Shown here piece after piece: positions 63,794 to 64,000 of a stretch of DNA of 64,000 nt. Within the stretch, counting starts at the first letter, position 1. Each line of letters starts with the position of its first letter. The notes under the pieces were generated by a model that saw only the letters and a program-made list of their open reading frames with translations, did no database searches and had not been told where the DNA came from. The position numbers and the translations under genes are program-made. This DNA is from Takakia lepidozioides (taxonomy: Eukaryota > Plantae > Bryophyta). The stretch is taken from contig CM060732.1 of assembly GCA_030704615.1 (NCBI GenBank), forward strand, positions 46,996,001-47,060,000. The letters run 5' to 3'.

Positions 63794-64000
63794 TCTTACT
63801 CATGGTCAGTGCCCACCTAGTTATGGTAAGGAGCAGAGGAAAATAATCGCTATCAAGGCTTTACCTTATACTATGGTAGGAGACAGAATGTATAAGCTAG
63901 GACCTGATGGAGTACTTAAACGATGCTTGTACCACCATGAAGTAAATAAAGTCTTGGAGGAAGTTCATAAAGGAGTGGCTGGAGGACATTTTGGAGAAGA
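63794..64000 (+). pseudogene. Gypsy integrase zinc-binding region (continuation)
   Basis: LTHGQCPPSYGKEQRK...GPDGVLKRCLYHHEVNKVLEEVHKGVAGGHFGE. Confidence 0.9.

Larger units (their letters stand above)
46029..64000 (+). mobile_element. Ty3/Gypsy non-chromovirus-like LTR retrotransposon (runs off window), interrupted at 52464-63793
   Basis: LTR, PBS, gag, PR, RT and RNase H are present. The integrase zinc finger resumes in frame after the MULE (YLTH|GQCP..EVHKGVAGGHFG). Confidence 0.92.

Overview
Eukaryotic DNA from a land plant, probably a seed-free lineage (inferred from the gene content, GT-AG introns, a half-tRNA-primed Copia and a PLS-PPR fragment). Bases 1-27 kb hold four ordinary spliced genes: an ANTH/PICALM-type clathrin assembly protein, an ALMT channel, MTV1 and a cytosolic pyruvate kinase. 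A few MITEs lie between them. Bases 28.5-64 kb are a nest of transposons: a decayed Copia, an LTR-like fragment, a decayed CACTA/En-Spm element, and a decayed non-chromovirus Gypsy inserted into the CACTA transposase. The main result is an apparently intact 11,330-bp Mutator-like DNA transposon (52464-63793), flanked by a perfect 9-bp TSD (TCTTACTCA) and inserted in the Gypsy pol. It carries two divergent intact genes. One is a GCM-like/DDE/SWIM transposase of about 1132 aa. The other is a 9-exon gene of about 1092 aa that fuses a ParB/Sulfiredoxin-like domain to a bacterial/phage-type beta-class N4C/N6A DNA-methyltransferase fold. The two largest introns of this cargo gene carry about 11 copies of a 24-bp palindrome (GTGAATGKCG-N4-CGMCATTCAC). 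A deleted sister copy (39125-44154) has lost both enzymes but has amplified the same palindrome into an 85-bp tandem array. My working hypothesis, which is inference, is a transposon-borne ParB/parS-like load-and-spread DNA-modification or anti-silencing module. All exon models and domain calls were made by eye, with no database searches.
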